From the NCBI RefSeq assembly GCF_041248615.1, contig NZ_CP158426.1: DNA of 64,000 nt; one strand, given 5' to 3'. Shown piece after piece: positions 35,633-47,206 of the stretch (positions are counted from its first letter, which is position 1; each line of letters opens with the position of its first letter). The notes under the pieces were generated by a model, which was not told where the DNA came from, did not search any database, and saw only the letters and a program-made list of their open reading frames with translations. This stretch comes from Escherichia coli. Its GTDB lineage: Bacteria; Pseudomonadota; Gammaproteobacteria; Enterobacterales; Enterobacteriaceae. The position numbers and the translations under genes were made by a program.

Positions 35633-38600
35633 CTAAATCTTTCCACCCACCCCCTTAAATTTTTCAATAAATGCGCTAATTTTTTGAAAAACAGTCTGTT
35701 TTTTCGTTTTATATTGCGGATTTAAAGGACTGAGTCTGGGCAGTGTCTCGTTTAATTCCGTGCCATTTTCGGTGGCGTATTCGCGTTTTAAAGATGTGCG
35801 AATATAGCGTTTCGCCGCCTCTTCATTGAGATTTTCTTCTTTGATCAAGGCTTCTGCTTCACGTTGCTGTTCGCGTTGAGCAAACGTAAAGAATGCGTCA
35901 ATGATGCTGGCTTTGTCCGGTAAATCATCCAGGTTCGTTTGCTGAATAAAATCGACCACCAGGCCCTCTTTAGCACGGTTCCCCAGGCTTGAACGAATTA
36001 AGCGTTTGACCTCTTCGATCATTTCGCTCTTACCTTTGTTTTGTCTGTTGTGCTCGAAAATCAGACCAAGGATATAATCCAGGTTTATTTCCTGAGATTT
36101 CAGCAAATCGACCTCAAAAACTACGTCATCCCAGTCAGTGGTTGATTTCTCTTTTTTCTCAGCTTCTTTCTCACGGCGCTGCCAGTCGCGAATATCGTTA
36201 TAGGCAGAACGATAATCCTGAATCTTGCGATCAGCAGGGAGACGAATTGTTTGCAATTCAGCGAGCTTTTCATCATCCACATAATGTTCTGCTTTGAATT
36301 TTTCTACTGCAACAGGATCGCTAAGATCGATTTGTTGCAGGGCTTTCAGCGTGGCAAATTCATCATAGTTTTGCAGGATGTTCTCGGCACGCAGGTATTC
36401 ACCAAACAGTTTAACGAAGTCTTTCTTCTCTTTTTCACTTTCAATACTGGCAGGGTCAGGGAACCGTTGTTCCAGTTCTGCAACTACTGCCATAAAGCCG
36501 CGCTTAGCTTCACCAGTAGCAGCATCAGTAAAGCCTTCCATATACTCTGCATAACTCTTTTCTAACACTACATTTTTGGTGTTTTTGTCACCAAACAGCG
36601 TTATGGCATCGATGGTTGAGCGTTCCAGATCGCGGAAAGTGACGATATTACCGAAGGTTTTAGTTGCATCATAAATACGGTTGGTGCGGGAAAATGCCTG
36701 CATCAGGCCGTGAAAACGCAAGTTTTTATCGACGAATAGCGTGTTCAATGTTGGAGCATCGAAACCGGTTAAAAACATCCCCACGACAATTAACAGATCG
36801 ATATCCTGATTTTTAACCCGTTGGGCTAAATCACGATAGTAGTTCTGAAAACCCTTACTGTCGGTGCTGAAGTTAGTTTTAAAATAGCTGTTATACTCAC
36901 GAATTGCAGCGTCAAGAAACTCTTTAGCACTGCTGTCCATTGCGCTGGTATCAAAAGTTTCATCGGATATTTCACCAATCGCATTTTGTTCTTCATTAGC
37001 GGCAAAGGAGAAGATTGTCGCAACACGCAGTGGTTTACAGGTAGTAGATTTATTAGCGGCTTCCTCTTGTAACCGTTTAAACGTCGCGTAATAGGCTTTC
37101 GCGGCATCCACGCTGCTTACTGCCAGCATGGCATTAAAACCTTTGGAGCCAGGGAAAGTACGGTGGGTTTTCTGGCGGAAATTATTCAGAATATATTGCG
37201 TGATTTCCTGAATACGCATGGGATGAAGAAACGCCTGCTGATTTTCAGCCGCACTTAGTTTTTTCTCGTCAGTTTCTGTCTCTAAAGACTTAAACTGTGG
37301 TCGCACATCGTTGTAGTCCACCTTGAATTTGAGCACTTTTTCGTCACGAATCGCATCGGTAATTACATACGAATGCAATTCACGACCAAATACGCTGGCG
37401 GTTGTTTCTGAGCCTAAGGCGTTTTCCGGGAAAATAGGGGTGCCGGTAAAACCAAACTGATAATAGCGTTTGAATTTCTTCTTCAGGTTTTTCTGCGCTT
37501 CTCCAAACTGGCTGCGGTGGCATTCATCAAATATAAACACCACTTGCTGATTATATACAGGCAGGTCGCTTTCTGCTTTCATCAGGTTATTGAGTTTCTG
37601 AATAGTAGTGACGATAATTTTGTTATCGTCCTTATCCAGATTTCGTTTAAGGCCTGCGGTATTTTCCGAGCCGTTGACGCTGTCTGGCGAAAAACGCTGA
37701 TATTCCTTCATGGTCTGGTAATCGAGGTCTTTCCTGTCGACCACAAAGAAGACTTTATCAATAAAGTCCAGCTCTGTTGCCAGACGCGCGGCTTTAAAGC
37801 TGGTGAGGGTTTTACCAGAACCGGTAGTGTGCCAGATATACCCACCGCTTTCCGGTTTTGACCAGTTCTTCGCTGTAAAGGAACTCTTAATTTTCCACAG
37901 AATGCGCTCGGTGGCGGCAATCTGGTACGGTCGCATCACCAGTAGCGTCTGACTACTGTCAAAAACGCTGTAGTTCACCAGAACATTCAGCAGAGTATGT
38001 TTCTGGAAAAAGGTAGCGGTAAAGTCTTTGAGGTCTTTAATCAGCGTGTTGTCTGATTTCGCCCAGTTCATGGTGAAGTCAAAACTGTTTTTATCGCGCT
38101 TTGTTGTGTTGGCAAAATAACGGGTATCGGTGCCGTTAGAAATGACAAACAGTTGCAGATACTTAAACAGAGAATTTTCGCTGTTAAAACTCTCTTTGCT
38201 GTAACGGTGTATCTGGTTGAACGCTTCACGAATCGCCACGCCGCGCTTTTTCAGTTCGATTTGCACCAGCGGCAAGCCATTAACCAGGATCGTGACGTCA
38301 TAACGGTTAGCGTGAGAGCCTGCCTGTTCAAACTGCTGGATAATCTGCACTTTATTGCGCATGAGATTCTTTTTATCTATCAAATAGATGTTCTCAAGAC
38401 GCCCGTCGTCAAAAATAAAGTCGCAGATGTAGTCGATATGAATTTTACGGGTTTTATCCAGGATGCCATCGCTCGGATTATCCAGAAACTGCTCCGTGAA
38501 ACGCCGCCACTCGCTGTCATTAAACACCACACCATTGAGGTTCTGAAGCTGTTCCCGAACGTTGGCCAGCATCGCTGACTGTGATTTTACGGGTATAAAT

Positions 38601-38749
38601 TCATAGCCCTGATTCCGCAGGTCCTGAATCAGTTCACGTTCCAGGTCCGATTCGCTCTGGTAGCTGTCGCCTGTTTGCTCAGCTTTGATGTACTTATCAA
38701 GAACGATAAAGTTATTGGATTCAGCAATGGTGTGTGTTTGATGAGTCAT
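35633..38749 (-). CDS. hsdR: Type I restriction enzyme R subunit (EcoR124-like, Type IC)
   Basis: 1038 aa; Walker A TTGSGKT, DECH box ([10 protein letters not shown]), helicase motifs; same length as EcoR124I HsdR (from memory). Confidence 0.9.
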   Translation of the reverse strand: MTHQTHTIAESNNFIVLDKYIKAEQTGDSYQSESDLERELIQDLRNQGYEFIPVKSQSAMLANVREQLQNLNGVVFNDSEWRRFTEQFLDNPSDGILDKTRKIHIDYICDFIFDDGRLENIYLIDKKNLMRNKVQIIQQFEQAGSHANRYDVTILVNGLPLVQIELKKRGVAIREAFNQIHRYSKESFNSENSLFKYLQLFVISNGTDTRYFANTTKRDKNSFDFTMNWAKSDNTLIKDLKDFTATFFQKHTLLNVLVNYSVFDSSQTLLVMRPYQIAATERILWKIKSSFTAKNWSKPESGGYIWHTTGSGKTLTSFKAARLATELDFIDKVFFVVDRKDLDYQTMKEYQRFSPDSVNGSENTAGLKRNLDKDDNKIIVTTIQKLNNLMKAESDLPVYNQQVVFIFDECHRSQFGEAQKNLKKKFKRYYQFGFTGTPIFPENALGSETTASVFGRELHSYVITDAIRDEKVLKFKVDYNDVRPQFKSLETETDEKKLSAAENQQAFLHPMRIQEITQYILNNFRQKTHRTFPGSKGFNAMLAVSSVDAAKAYYATFKRLQEEAANKSTTCKPLRVATIFSFAANEEQNAIGEISDETFDTSAMDSSAKEFLDAAIREYNSYFKTNFSTDSKGFQNYYRDLAQRVKNQDIDLLIVVGMFLTGFDAPTLNTLFVDKNLRFHGLMQAFSRTNRIYDATKTFGNIVTFRDLERSTIDAITLFGDKNTKNVVLEKSYAEYMEGFTDAATGEAKRGFMAVVAELEQRFPDPASIESEKEKKDFVKLFGEYLRAENILQNYDEFATLKALQQIDLSDPVAVEKFKAEHYVDDEKLAELQTIRLPADRKIQDYRSAYNDIRDWQRREKEAEKKEKSTTDWDDVVFEVDLLKSQEINLDYILGLIFEHNRQNKGKSEMIEEVKRLIRSSLGNRAKEGLVVDFIQQTNLDDLPDKASIIDAFFTFAQREQQREAEALIKEENLNEEAAKRYIRTSLKREYATENGTELNETLPRLSPLNPQYKTKKQTVFQKISAFIEKFKGVGGKI

Positions 38750-38870
38750 AGCGCATCCTTTGTGCCGTCTGGCAAGGGTCGGAAGGGAGTTAATGGTGAC
38801 TTCCGGCGTGTAAAAAATAGTCTATATACAGACCGGATGTTAAGGTGATCCGGTCTGTAATAATGGTCAA

Positions 38871-40064
38871 TTAATTACTGACAGTTTCAGGTTTCGGGAA
38901 ACTGAACAGTAAATCACGGTAGTACTCGTATTGTTTCTGGCGTAACTCGATTTCACGCGGGAGACCTTCGGTGATGGAGTTGGTCAGGGTGTCGAATTTA
39001 TCGAGAATAGATACAATTCGTTTTTGTTCAGCTATGCATGGAATTGGGATTCGGAACTGTCTAAGATTTGTCAGATTGAGCATTCCATAGTTACGCATTT
39101 CAGATTTAAGTGTATTGTATAAATTTGTCAAGAAATAGAATATGAATTTATCAGTAATAATATTTTCTTTAGTGGACTTTATGCTGGCTATATTTTGATT
39201 GGTTGTTGCTTCAAACTCAAGAAATGCAGTTTTAAATATAGTTGCACCAACAAGTGCGATTAAAGTGGTATTCTTAGGAAGAAGTTTTGCAGTGGATTTT
39301 TTTAATCCTAGCTCGCTTATAAAATCTTTCGCAAAATAAACAGATTCATTATTACATGATTCCGATTTTAACCATGGAATTGACCCATTATCCCAGTATT
39401 CTGCTTTAGATTTTGAGGGGGTTCCTCCAGCGCAAATATGAAATAACTCTTCATTTCCCAAAGTTGTCCAATTAACCTCACCCTCTTTAAAACTCAACAA
39501 CTGGTCGCGATAGTAGTTGTACTGTTTTTTACGCATGTTAAGCTCAGCGGTAAGCTCAGCGGTAAGTGCAGTAAATTTATCCAGAATCCGAACGATTTCA
39601 GACTGGATGGCAAGGGACTTTTCCGGGTTGTCCGGACTAGGAATGGGAACTTTAAATCCTTCCAGCATGGGTTTTCTTATCGAAATGGCGGTAGCACCCA
39701 CACTTTTTGTCAAGATGTACTGCTTAAAGCTAGATGACATGAAGTAATACAAAAACTTCGTGTCTACGGCATTAGTTGTGATACGAATTCTATACGCCCT
39801 TTGATGTAGAGCATATTTCCCCTCAACATAGTGAAATATGTCGCCAATTCCACCTTCACCAGGAATGACTATTGCTACCTCATCAAATTCAAAGGTATCT
39901 GACTTCAAGATATTCTTTGAGCGAACATAGAATGGATAAATTCCATTTTCGCTTTCATCCTGACGATTTGAACTTCCAGTACCGATATCTGCCATAGAAC
40001 CCAATGTTACCCACTCAACCTCAACCCCATCCAACAGTTTTTCCAGATAGCTCAGCTCGCTCAT
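38871..40064 (-). CDS. hsdS: Type I restriction-modification specificity subunit (Type IC; two target-recognition domains with a TAEL-repeat central region)
   Basis: 397 aa; conserved N-terminus [18 protein letters not shown] and central ...[33 protein letters not shown]; second conserved repeat ...[16 protein letters not shown]... Confidence 0.85.
   Translation of the reverse strand: MSELSYLEKLLDGVEVEWVTLGSMADIGTGSSNRQDESENGIYPFYVRSKNILKSDTFEFDEVAIVIPGEGGIGDIFHYVEGKYALHQRAYRIRITTNAVDTKFLYYFMSSSFKQYILTKSVGATAISIRKPMLEGFKVPIPSPDNPEKSLAIQSEIVRILDKFTALTAELTAELNMRKKQYNYYRDQLLSFKEGEVNWTTLGNEELFHICAGGTPSKSKAEYWDNGSIPWLKSESCNNESVYFAKDFISELGLKKSTAKLLPKNTTLIALVGATIFKTAFLEFEATTNQNIASIKSTKENIITDKFIFYFLTNLYNTLKSEMRNYGMLNLTNLRQFRIPIPCIAEQKRIVSILDKFDTLTNSITEGLPREIELRQKQYEYYRDLLFSFPKPETVSN
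39541..39564. repeat. 12-bp tandem repeat x2 (agctcagcggta) inside hsdS, encoding TAEL-TAEL
   Basis: Two perfect adjacent 12-bp units followed by a diverged third unit (agtgcagtaaat). Confidence 0.85.
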
Positions 40065-41617
40065 TTCTGCACCTCGCAGCCTTCAATTTCAGCCACAATC
40101 GCATCAATATCTTTGCGCAACTGGTCGATTTTGCTGACCGTGGTTTTCAGTTCAGCATTCAGCTCATCGATATCGATAATTTCGCGGTTATCTTTCGCTT
40201 CCACATAGCTGCTCACCGACAGGTTATAGTCATTCGCGACAACGGCTTCGAACGCGACAGATTTTGCCAGATGAGCAACATCTTCCTTGCTGGCAAATAC
40301 CTGCATAATCTGTTCGATATGGGCATCGGTCAGGATATTGTTGTTAGTCTCTTTTTTGAACAGTTCGCTGGCGTCAATAAACTGAACTTTGGTATCCGTT
40401 TTATGTTTAGACAGCACCAGAATATTTACGGCAATGGTGGTGCCAAAGAACAGGTTCGGTGCGAGTGAAATCACGGTTTCGACATAGTTATTGTCGACCA
40501 GATACTGACGGATTTTCTGCTCTGCGCCGCCACGGTAAAAAATACCCGGGAAGCAGACAATCGCAGCACGACCTTTGGCCGAAAGATAGTTCAGCGCATG
40601 TAGTACAAACGCAAAGTCAGCTTTGGATTTGGGGGCCAGAACGCCAGCCGGGGCAAAACGTTCATCGTTAATCAGCGTCGGGTCATCGCTGCCAATCCAT
40701 TTCACCGAATACGGTGGGTTAGATACGATGGCGTCAAACGGTTTTTCATCTCTGAAGTGCGGCTCAGTCAGTGTATTACCCAGCTTGATATCAAACTTGT
40801 CGTAGTTGATATTGTGCAAAAACATGTTCATACGCGCCAGGTTATAGGTCGTATGGTTGATTTCCTGACCGAAAAAGCCTTCTTCGATGATATGGTTATC
40901 AAACTGTTTTTTCGCCTGCAACAACAGTGAGCCGGAACCCGCTGCCGGGTCGTAGATTTTGTTAACGCTGGTCTGCCCGTGCATAGCCAGTTGTGCAATC
41001 AGCCTGGAGACGTGCTGCGGTGTAAAGAACTCACCGCCTGACTTACCGGCATTTGCGGCATAGTTAGAAATCAGGAACTCATAGGCATCGCCGAACAGGT
41101 CAATCTGATGTTCGTTAAAGTCGCCAAGCTTTAACCCTTCAACCCCTTTCAGAACCGCAGCCAGGCGGGCATTTTTATCCTTAACGGTGTTACCCAGGCG
41201 GTTACTGGTGGTATCGAAATCAGCAAACAAACCTTTGATGTCTGCTTCTGAAGGGTAGCCGTAAGCAGAACTTTCGATAGCAACGAAGATGCTGTTTAAA
41301 TCTGCATTCAGTCTGTCATTGGTATTTGCTTTCGCAGCTACGTTGCAGAAAAGCTGACTGGGGTAGATGAAGTAGCCTTTGGTTCTGATGGCATCGTCTT
41401 TAATGTCATCAGTAATTACGCTGTCATCCAGTTTCGCATAACAGATACTGTCATCACCGGCTTCAATATAACTGGAAAAATTTTCGCTGATAAAACGGTA
41501 GAAAAGTGCGCCCAGAACGTATTGCTTAAAATCCCATCCGTCAACAGAACCTCTGACATCATTGGCAATTTGCCATATCTGGCGGTGCAGTTCTGCTCGT
41601 TGTTGAATACTTGTCAT
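40061..41617 (-). CDS. hsdM: Type I restriction-modification N6-adenine DNA methyltransferase subunit
   Basis: 518 aa; motif [11 protein letters not shown], motif IV NPPY (SNPPYSVKW); stop overlaps hsdS start. Confidence 0.9.
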   Translation of the reverse strand: MTSIQQRAELHRQIWQIANDVRGSVDGWDFKQYVLGALFYRFISENFSSYIEAGDDSICYAKLDDSVITDDIKDDAIRTKGYFIYPSQLFCNVAAKANTNDRLNADLNSIFVAIESSAYGYPSEADIKGLFADFDTTSNRLGNTVKDKNARLAAVLKGVEGLKLGDFNEHQIDLFGDAYEFLISNYAANAGKSGGEFFTPQHVSRLIAQLAMHGQTSVNKIYDPAAGSGSLLLQAKKQFDNHIIEEGFFGQEINHTTYNLARMNMFLHNINYDKFDIKLGNTLTEPHFRDEKPFDAIVSNPPYSVKWIGSDDPTLINDERFAPAGVLAPKSKADFAFVLHALNYLSAKGRAAIVCFPGIFYRGGAEQKIRQYLVDNNYVETVISLAPNLFFGTTIAVNILVLSKHKTDTKVQFIDASELFKKETNNNILTDAHIEQIMQVFASKEDVAHLAKSVAFEAVVANDYNLSVSSYVEAKDNREIIDIDELNAELKTTVSKIDQLRKDIDAIVAEIEGCEVQK

Positions 41618-41880
41618 TTTTAATCCATTTTCCTGGTTTGGACCTGAATCATTGAGGGCAATTCTACAGCAATCTTGTGGTTCAGGCAGCCCCGGAGTAA
41701 GTCGGTGTACATTGTGAGATACCTGGGGTATTCACGACAAGGAGGAGGAACGGAATATTGCCTTTCCTTTGCAGTGCACCAGGTGCATTCTAAATAATTT
41801 CAGACAGATATTATCTCCGTGAATCCCCCGCCACCTTTCCGGTGCGCGGGGTTTTGTCTTTTTTCACCGGGAATACATGT

Positions 41881-42753
41881 ATGAATCCGTCTGATGCCAT
41901 TGAGGCAATTGAAAAACCACTTTCTTCCCTGCCTTACTCACTTTCCCGTCACATCCTGGAACATCTGCGCAAACTCACCAGCCACGAACCCGTGATTGGC
42001 ATTATGGGGAAAAGCGGGGCCGGTAAATCCTCACTCTGTAATGCACTGTTTCAGGGGGAGGTCACCCCGGTCAGTGATGTTCACGCCGGCACCCGGGAAG
42101 CGCAGCGCTTCCGTCTGAGTGGCCATGGTCACAGCATGGTTATCACTGACCTGCCCGGGGTGGGCGAGAGCCGGGACAGGGATGCAGAGTATGAAGCCCT
42201 GTACCGTGACATTCTGCCTGAACTTGACCTGGTACTGTGGCTGATTAAAGCCGATGACCGTGCCCTGTCTGTGGATGAGTATTTCTGGCGACACATCCTG
42301 CACCGGGGACATCAGCGGGTACTGTTTGTGGTGACGCAGGCCGATAAAACGGAGCCCTGCCATGAATGGGATATGGCCGGTATTCAGCCTTCTCCCGCAC
42401 AGGCACAGAACATTCGCGAAAAAACGGAGGCGGTATTCCGTCTGTTCCGGCCCGTACATCCGGTTGTGGCCGTATCGGCCCGCACCGGCTGGGAACTGGA
42501 TACGCTGGTCAGTGCGCTCATGACAGCACTTCCCGACCATGCCGCCAGTCCCCTGATGACCCGCCTGCAGGACGAGCTGTGCACGGAATCTGTCCGGGGG
42601 CAGGCCCGTGAACAGTTTACCGGTGCGGTGGACCGGATATTTGACACGGCGGAGAGCGTCTGTGTTGCCTCTGTGGCTCGTACGGTTCTGCGTGCCGTCC
42701 GTGACACGGTGGTCTCTGTTGCCCGCGCTGTATGGAACTGGATTTTCTTCTGA
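41881..42753 (+). CDS. YeeP/YkfA/YfjP-like GTPase (ORF open from 41842)
   Basis: G1 motif GIMGKSGAGKSS, G3 DLPG; conserved position immediately upstream of antigen 43 as in CP4-type prophages. Confidence 0.7.
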   Translation: MNPSDAIEAIEKPLSSLPYSLSRHILEHLRKLTSHEPVIGIMGKSGAGKSSLCNALFQGEVTPVSDVHAGTREAQRFRLSGHGHSMVITDLPGVGESRDRDAEYEALYRDILPELDLVLWLIKADDRALSVDEYFWRHILHRGHQRVLFVVTQADKTEPCHEWDMAGIQPSPAQAQNIREKTEAVFRLFRPVHPVVAVSARTGWELDTLVSALMTALPDHAASPLMTRLQDELCTESVRGQAREQFTGAVDRIFDTAESVCVASVARTVLRAVRDTVVSVARAVWNWIFF

Positions 42754-42871
42754 ACACTCTGCCAGGGGAAATGCCTGATTACATTGCGTTAACCAACTGA
42801 AAACATGACACAAACACCTCATACCCACCTCTTTCTCTTGCGTGACTGCCTTGCTGTTAATAGAATAAAAC

Positions 42872-42907
42872 GATCGATAAAACAGGTATCGATCGTTGTA
42901 ATCGATC
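42872..42907. promoter_or_regulatory. Three GATC sites in the agn43 regulatory region (Dam/OxyR phase-variation switch)
   Basis: GATC at 42872, 42891 and 42904 within aacGATCgataaaacaggtatcGATCgttgtaatcGATCgtt, about 220 bp upstream of the antigen 43 start. Confidence 0.6.
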
Positions 42908-43124
42908 GTTTATGGTGGTTAATGGTCTGCGAAAAGGCAGCTGAATCTCTTCATCATGCAGAACGGAATTGCACACAACGGACTGATACTTCTCTGGCGG
43001 ATGAGAGAGGGGAAGCATTTATGTCCGGGAAAAACCACTTTATCTGACCATGCTGTTTTGTACCTGCCGGTATCCACATTTGTGGGTACCGGCTTTTTTA
43101 TTCACCCTCTGTAAGGAAAAGCTG

Positions 43125-45971
43125 ATGAAACGACATCTGAACACCAGCTACAGGCTGGTATGGAATCACATTACGGGCACCCTGGTGGTGGCTTCCGAAC
43201 TGGCCCGCTCACGGGGAAAACGCGCCGGTGTGGCGGTTGCGCTGTCTCTTGCTGCTGTCACGCCAGTCCCGGCACTGGCTGCTGACACGGTTGTAGAGGC
43301 GGGAGAAACCGTGAACGGCGGAACACTGACAAATCATGACAACCAGATTGTCTTCGGTACGACCAACGGAATGACCATCAGTACCGGGCTGGAGTATGGG
43401 ACGGATAACGAGGCCAATACCGGCGGACAATGGATACAAAATGGCGGTATCGCCAACAACACTACTGTCACCGGTGGTGGTCTTCAGAGAGTGAATGCCG
43501 GAGGAAGCGTTTCAGACACGGTTATCAGTGCCGGAGGCGGACAGAGCCTTCAGGGGCAGGCAGTGAACACCACTCTGAACGGCGGTGAGCAGTGGGTACA
43601 TGAAGGCGGGATTGCAACGGGTACCGTCATTAATGAGAAGGGCTGGCAGGCCGTCAAATCCGGCGCAATGGCAACCGACACGGTTGTGAATACCGGCGCG
43701 GAAGGGGGACCGGATGCAGAAAATGGTGATACCGGGCAGTTTGTTCGCGGAAATGCCGTACGTACCACTATCAATGAAAATGGTCGTCAGATTGTGGCTG
43801 CTGAAGGAACAGCAAATACCACTGTGGTTTATGCCGGCGGCGACCAGACTGTACATGGTCACGCACTGGATACTACGCTGAATGGGGGGTACCAGTATGT
43901 GCACAACGGCGGTACGGCGTCTGACACTGTTGTAAACAGTGACGGCTGGCAGATTATCAAGGAAGGTGGTCTGGCGGATTTCACCACCGTTAACCAGAAA
44001 GGCAAACTGCAGGTGAACGCCGGTGGTACCGCCACACATGTCACCCTGAAACAGGGTGGAGCACTGGTCACCAGTACTGCGGCAACGGTTCTTGGCAGCA
44101 ACCGTCTGGGCAATTTCACGGTGGAAAACGGTAAGGCTGACGGCGTTGTTCTGGAGTCCGGCGGTCGCCTGGATGTACTGGAAGGCCATTCAGCGCAGAA
44201 AACACGGGTGGATGACGGCGGAACCCTGGCAGTGTCTGCCGGTGGTAAGGCAACAGGTGTCACCATGACATCCGGTGGTGCCCTGATTGCAGACAGTGGT
44301 GCCACTGTTGAGGGGACCAATGCCAGCGGTAAGTTCAGTATTGATGGCATATCCGGTCAGGCCAGCGGCCTGCTGCTGGAAAATGGCGGCAGCTTTACGG
44401 TTAATGCCGGGGGACAGGCCAGCAACACCACTGTCGGACATCGTGGAACACTGATGCTGGCTGCCGGGGGAAGTCTGAGTGGCAGAACACAGCTCAGTAA
44501 AGGCGCCAGCATGGTACTGAATGGTGATGTGGTCAGTACCGGCGATATTGTTAACGCAGGGGAGATTTACTTTGACAATCAGACAACACCGGATGCCGCG
44601 CTGAGCCGTGCTGTTGCAAAAGGCGACTCCCCGGTAACGTTCCATAAACTGACCACCAGTAACCTCACCGGTCAGGGGGGCACCATCAATATGCGTGTTC
44701 GCCTTGATGGCAGCAATGCCTCTGACCAGCTGGTGATTAATGGTGGCCAGGCAACCGGCAAAACCTGGCTTGCGTTCACAAATGTCGGAAACAGTAACCT
44801 CGGGGTGGCAACCTCCGGACAGGGTATCCGGGTTGTGGATGCACAGAATGGTGCCACCACAGAAGAAGGTGCGTTTGCCCTGAGTCGCCCGCTTCAGGCC
44901 GGTGCCTTTAACTACACCCTGAACCGTGACAGCGATGAAGACTGGTACCTGCGCAGTGAAAATGCTTATCGTGCTGAAGTCCCCCTGTATGCCTCCATGC
45001 TGACACAGGCAATGGACTATGACCGGATTCTGGCAGGCTCCCGCAGCCATCAGACCGGTGTAAACGGTGAAAATAACAGCGTCCGTCTCAGCATTCAGGG
45101 CGGTCATCTCGGTCACGATAACAACGGCGGTATTGCCCGTGGGGCCACGCCGGAAAGCAGCGGCAGCTATGGCTTCGTCCGTCTGGAGAGTGACCTGCTG
45201 AGAACAGAGGTTGCCGGTATGTCTGTGACCGCAGGGGTATATGGTGCTGCTGGCCATTCTTCCGTTGATGTTAAGGATGATGACGGCTCCCGCGCCGGCA
45301 CGGTCCGGGATGATGCCGGCAGCCTGGGCGGATATCTGAATCTGGTACACACGTCCTCCGGCCTGTGGGCTGACATTGTGGCACAGGGAACCCGCCACAG
45401 CATGAAAGCGTCATCGGACAATAACGACTTCCGCGCCCGGGGCTGGGGCTGGCTGGGCTCACTGGAAACCGGTCTGCCCTTCAGTATCACTGACAACCTG
45501 ATGCTGGAACCACAACTGCAGTATACCTGGCAGGGACTCTCCCTGGATGACGGCCAGGATAACGCCGGTTATGTGAAGTTCGGGCATGGCAGTGCACAAC
45601 ATGTGCGTGCCGGTTTCCGTCTGGGCAGCCACAACGATATGAGCTTTGGTGAAGGCACCTCATCCCGTGACACCCTGCGCGACAGTGCAAAACACAGTGT
45701 GAGTGAACTGCCGGTAAACTGGTGGGTACAGCCTTCTGTTATCCGCACCTTCAGCTCCCGGGGTGACATGAGCATGGGTACAGCTGAAGCCGGCAGTAAC
45801 ATGACGTTCTCACCGTCACAGAATGGCACGTCACTGGACCTGCAGGCCGGACTGGAAGCCCGTGTCCGGGAAAATATCACTCTGGGCGTTCAGGCCGGTT
45901 ATGCCCACAGTGTCAGCGGCAACAGCTCTGAAGGCTATAACGGTCAGGCCACGCTGAATGTGACTTTCTGA
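43125..45971 (+). CDS. flu: Antigen 43 self-associating autotransporter adhesin
   Basis: 948-aa product from ATG 43125; extended signal peptide MKRHLNTSYRLVWNHITGTLVVASELARS..., repetitive beta-helix passenger, C-terminal beta-barrel ending ...TLNVTF. Confidence 0.85.
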   Translation: MKRHLNTSYRLVWNHITGTLVVASELARSRGKRAGVAVALSLAAVTPVPALAADTVVEAGETVNGGTLTNHDNQIVFGTTNGMTISTGLEYGTDNEANTGGQWIQNGGIANNTTVTGGGLQRVNAGGSVSDTVISAGGGQSLQGQAVNTTLNGGEQWVHEGGIATGTVINEKGWQAVKSGAMATDTVVNTGAEGGPDAENGDTGQFVRGNAVRTTINENGRQIVAAEGTANTTVVYAGGDQTVHGHALDTTLNGGYQYVHNGGTASDTVVNSDGWQIIKEGGLADFTTVNQKGKLQVNAGGTATHVTLKQGGALVTSTAATVLGSNRLGNFTVENGKADGVVLESGGRLDVLEGHSAQKTRVDDGGTLAVSAGGKATGVTMTSGGALIADSGATVEGTNASGKFSIDGISGQASGLLLENGGSFTVNAGGQASNTTVGHRGTLMLAAGGSLSGRTQLSKGASMVLNGDVVSTGDIVNAGEIYFDNQTTPDAALSRAVAKGDSPVTFHKLTTSNLTGQGGTINMRVRLDGSNASDQLVINGGQATGKTWLAFTNVGNSNLGVATSGQGIRVVDAQNGATTEEGAFALSRPLQAGAFNYTLNRDSDEDWYLRSENAYRAEVPLYASMLTQAMDYDRILAGSRSHQTGVNGENNSVRLSIQGGHLGHDNNGGIARGATPESSGSYGFVRLESDLLRTEVAGMSVTAGVYGAAGHSSVDVKDDDGSRAGTVRDDAGSLGGYLNLVHTSSGLWADIVAQGTRHSMKASSDNNDFRARGWGWLGSLETGLPFSITDNLMLEPQLQYTWQGLSLDDGQDNAGYVKFGHGSAQHVRAGFRLGSHNDMSFGEGTSSRDTLRDSAKHSVSELPVNWWVQPSVIRTFSSRGDMSMGTAEAGSNMTFSPSQNGTSLDLQAGLEARVRENITLGVQAGYAHSVSGNSSEGYNGQATLNVTF

Positions 45972-45994
45972 TAATCAGGTCACTCCCCTTCAGG

Positions 45995-46021
45995 CCCCGG
46001 TCATAATGACCGGGGCTTTTT
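45995..46021 (+). terminator. Rho-independent terminator after flu
   Basis: ccccggtcat a atgaccgggg followed by cttttt. Confidence 0.55.
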
Positions 46022-46297
46022 ACTTTCAGGGAGCAACAGATATGCCGGGTTGTACATCACGTTTATTGCCGAAGGCTCTTTTGCTGCCAAATGGCATCTG
46101 AATCGTTCACAATTTGGCCGGTTATTGCCCGATCCCGATGGGGTTATTGGGTGATCTCCTTCCATAAAAATACGCAGCTCGCCAGTGAAGGGCTTCTCAG
46201 ACAATAAACGTCATTCATTTCGTCCATCAGGCCGCGTCTTCTCCGGGAGACGCGGCTTTTTCATTTACACCGCTAACTCATTCATAAGGAATAAATC

Positions 46298-47116
46298 ATG
46301 CGATTAGCCAGTCGTTTTGGTTATGCGAACCAGATACGCCGTGACCGCCCCTTAACCCGTGAAGAACTGATGCAGGTCGTCCCCAGCGTATTCGGGGAAG
46401 AGAAACACACATCCAGAAGCGAGAACTATACCTGGATCCCCACCATCACCGTGCTGGAAAGCCTGCAGCGGGAAGGCTTCCAGCCATTCTTCGCCTGCCA
46501 GACCCGCGTGCGCGACCCGGGCCGCCGGGGATACACCAAACACATGCTGCGTCTGCGCCGTGACGGGGAGATAAACGGACAACATGTCCCTGAAATCATC
46601 CTGCTGAACTCCCATGACGGTACCTCCAGCTACCAGATGCTGCCGGGTTACTTCAGGTTCGTCTGCCAGAACGGATGCGTCTGTGGTCAGTCTCTGGGGG
46701 AAGTGCGTGTTCCACACCGGGGAGACGTAGTGGAGAAAGTTATCGAAGGGGCTTACGAGGTGGTGGGGGTTTTTGACCGGATTGAGGAGAAGCGTGATGC
46801 CATGCAGTCGCTGGTCCTGCCGCCACCGGCACGCCAGGCGCTGGCACAGGCGGCACTGACTTACCGTTATGGTGACGAACATCAGCCCGTCACCACTGCT
46901 GACATTCTGACACCGCGACGCCGGGAGGATTACGGTAAGGACCTGTGGAGTGCTTATCAGACCATCCAGGAGAATATGCTGAAAGGCGGGATTTCCGGTC
47001 GCAGTGCCAGAGGAAAACGTATCCATACCCGTGCCATTCACAGCATCGACACGGACATTAAGCTCAATCGCGCATTGTGGGTGATGGCAGAAACACTGCT
47101 GAAGAGTATGCGCTGA
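46298..47116 (+). CDS. DUF932-type protein (YfjQ/YafZ-like)
   Basis: 272 aa; family and position typical of CP4-type prophage ends (assignment from memory). Confidence 0.55.
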   Translation: MRLASRFGYANQIRRDRPLTREELMQVVPSVFGEEKHTSRSENYTWIPTITVLESLQREGFQPFFACQTRVRDPGRRGYTKHMLRLRRDGEINGQHVPEIILLNSHDGTSSYQMLPGYFRFVCQNGCVCGQSLGEVRVPHRGDVVEKVIEGAYEVVGVFDRIEEKRDAMQSLVLPPPARQALAQAALTYRYGDEHQPVTTADILTPRRREDYGKDLWSAYQTIQENMLKGGISGRSARGKRIHTRAIHSIDTDIKLNRALWVMAETLLKSMR

Positions 47117-47206
47117 TGCCTTTTCCCTGAAAGCGCAGTTCTGACTCATGTCCGTCCCTGCCCCGCGACTTCTTCCCTTCATTTACTTTTTATAAGGAAT
47201 AATCTC

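Noticed and set aside
42805-43047. 80-aa ORF in the agn43 leader
   Set aside because: Overlaps the GATC/OxyR regulatory region and the known long 5' leader of agn43; no RBS; most likely non-coding.
43300-44500. Apparent repetitiveness of antigen 43 as a DNA tandem-repeat array
   Set aside because: The periodicity reflects beta-helix rungs of the passenger domain at protein level; the nucleotide units are not identical tandem copies.
43512-45398. Long antisense ORFs inside the antigen 43 gene (43512..44189, 43859..44350, 44190..45398)
   Set aside because: They lie entirely within and opposite a well-supported coding gene in GC-rich repetitive DNA; such ORFs arise by chance.
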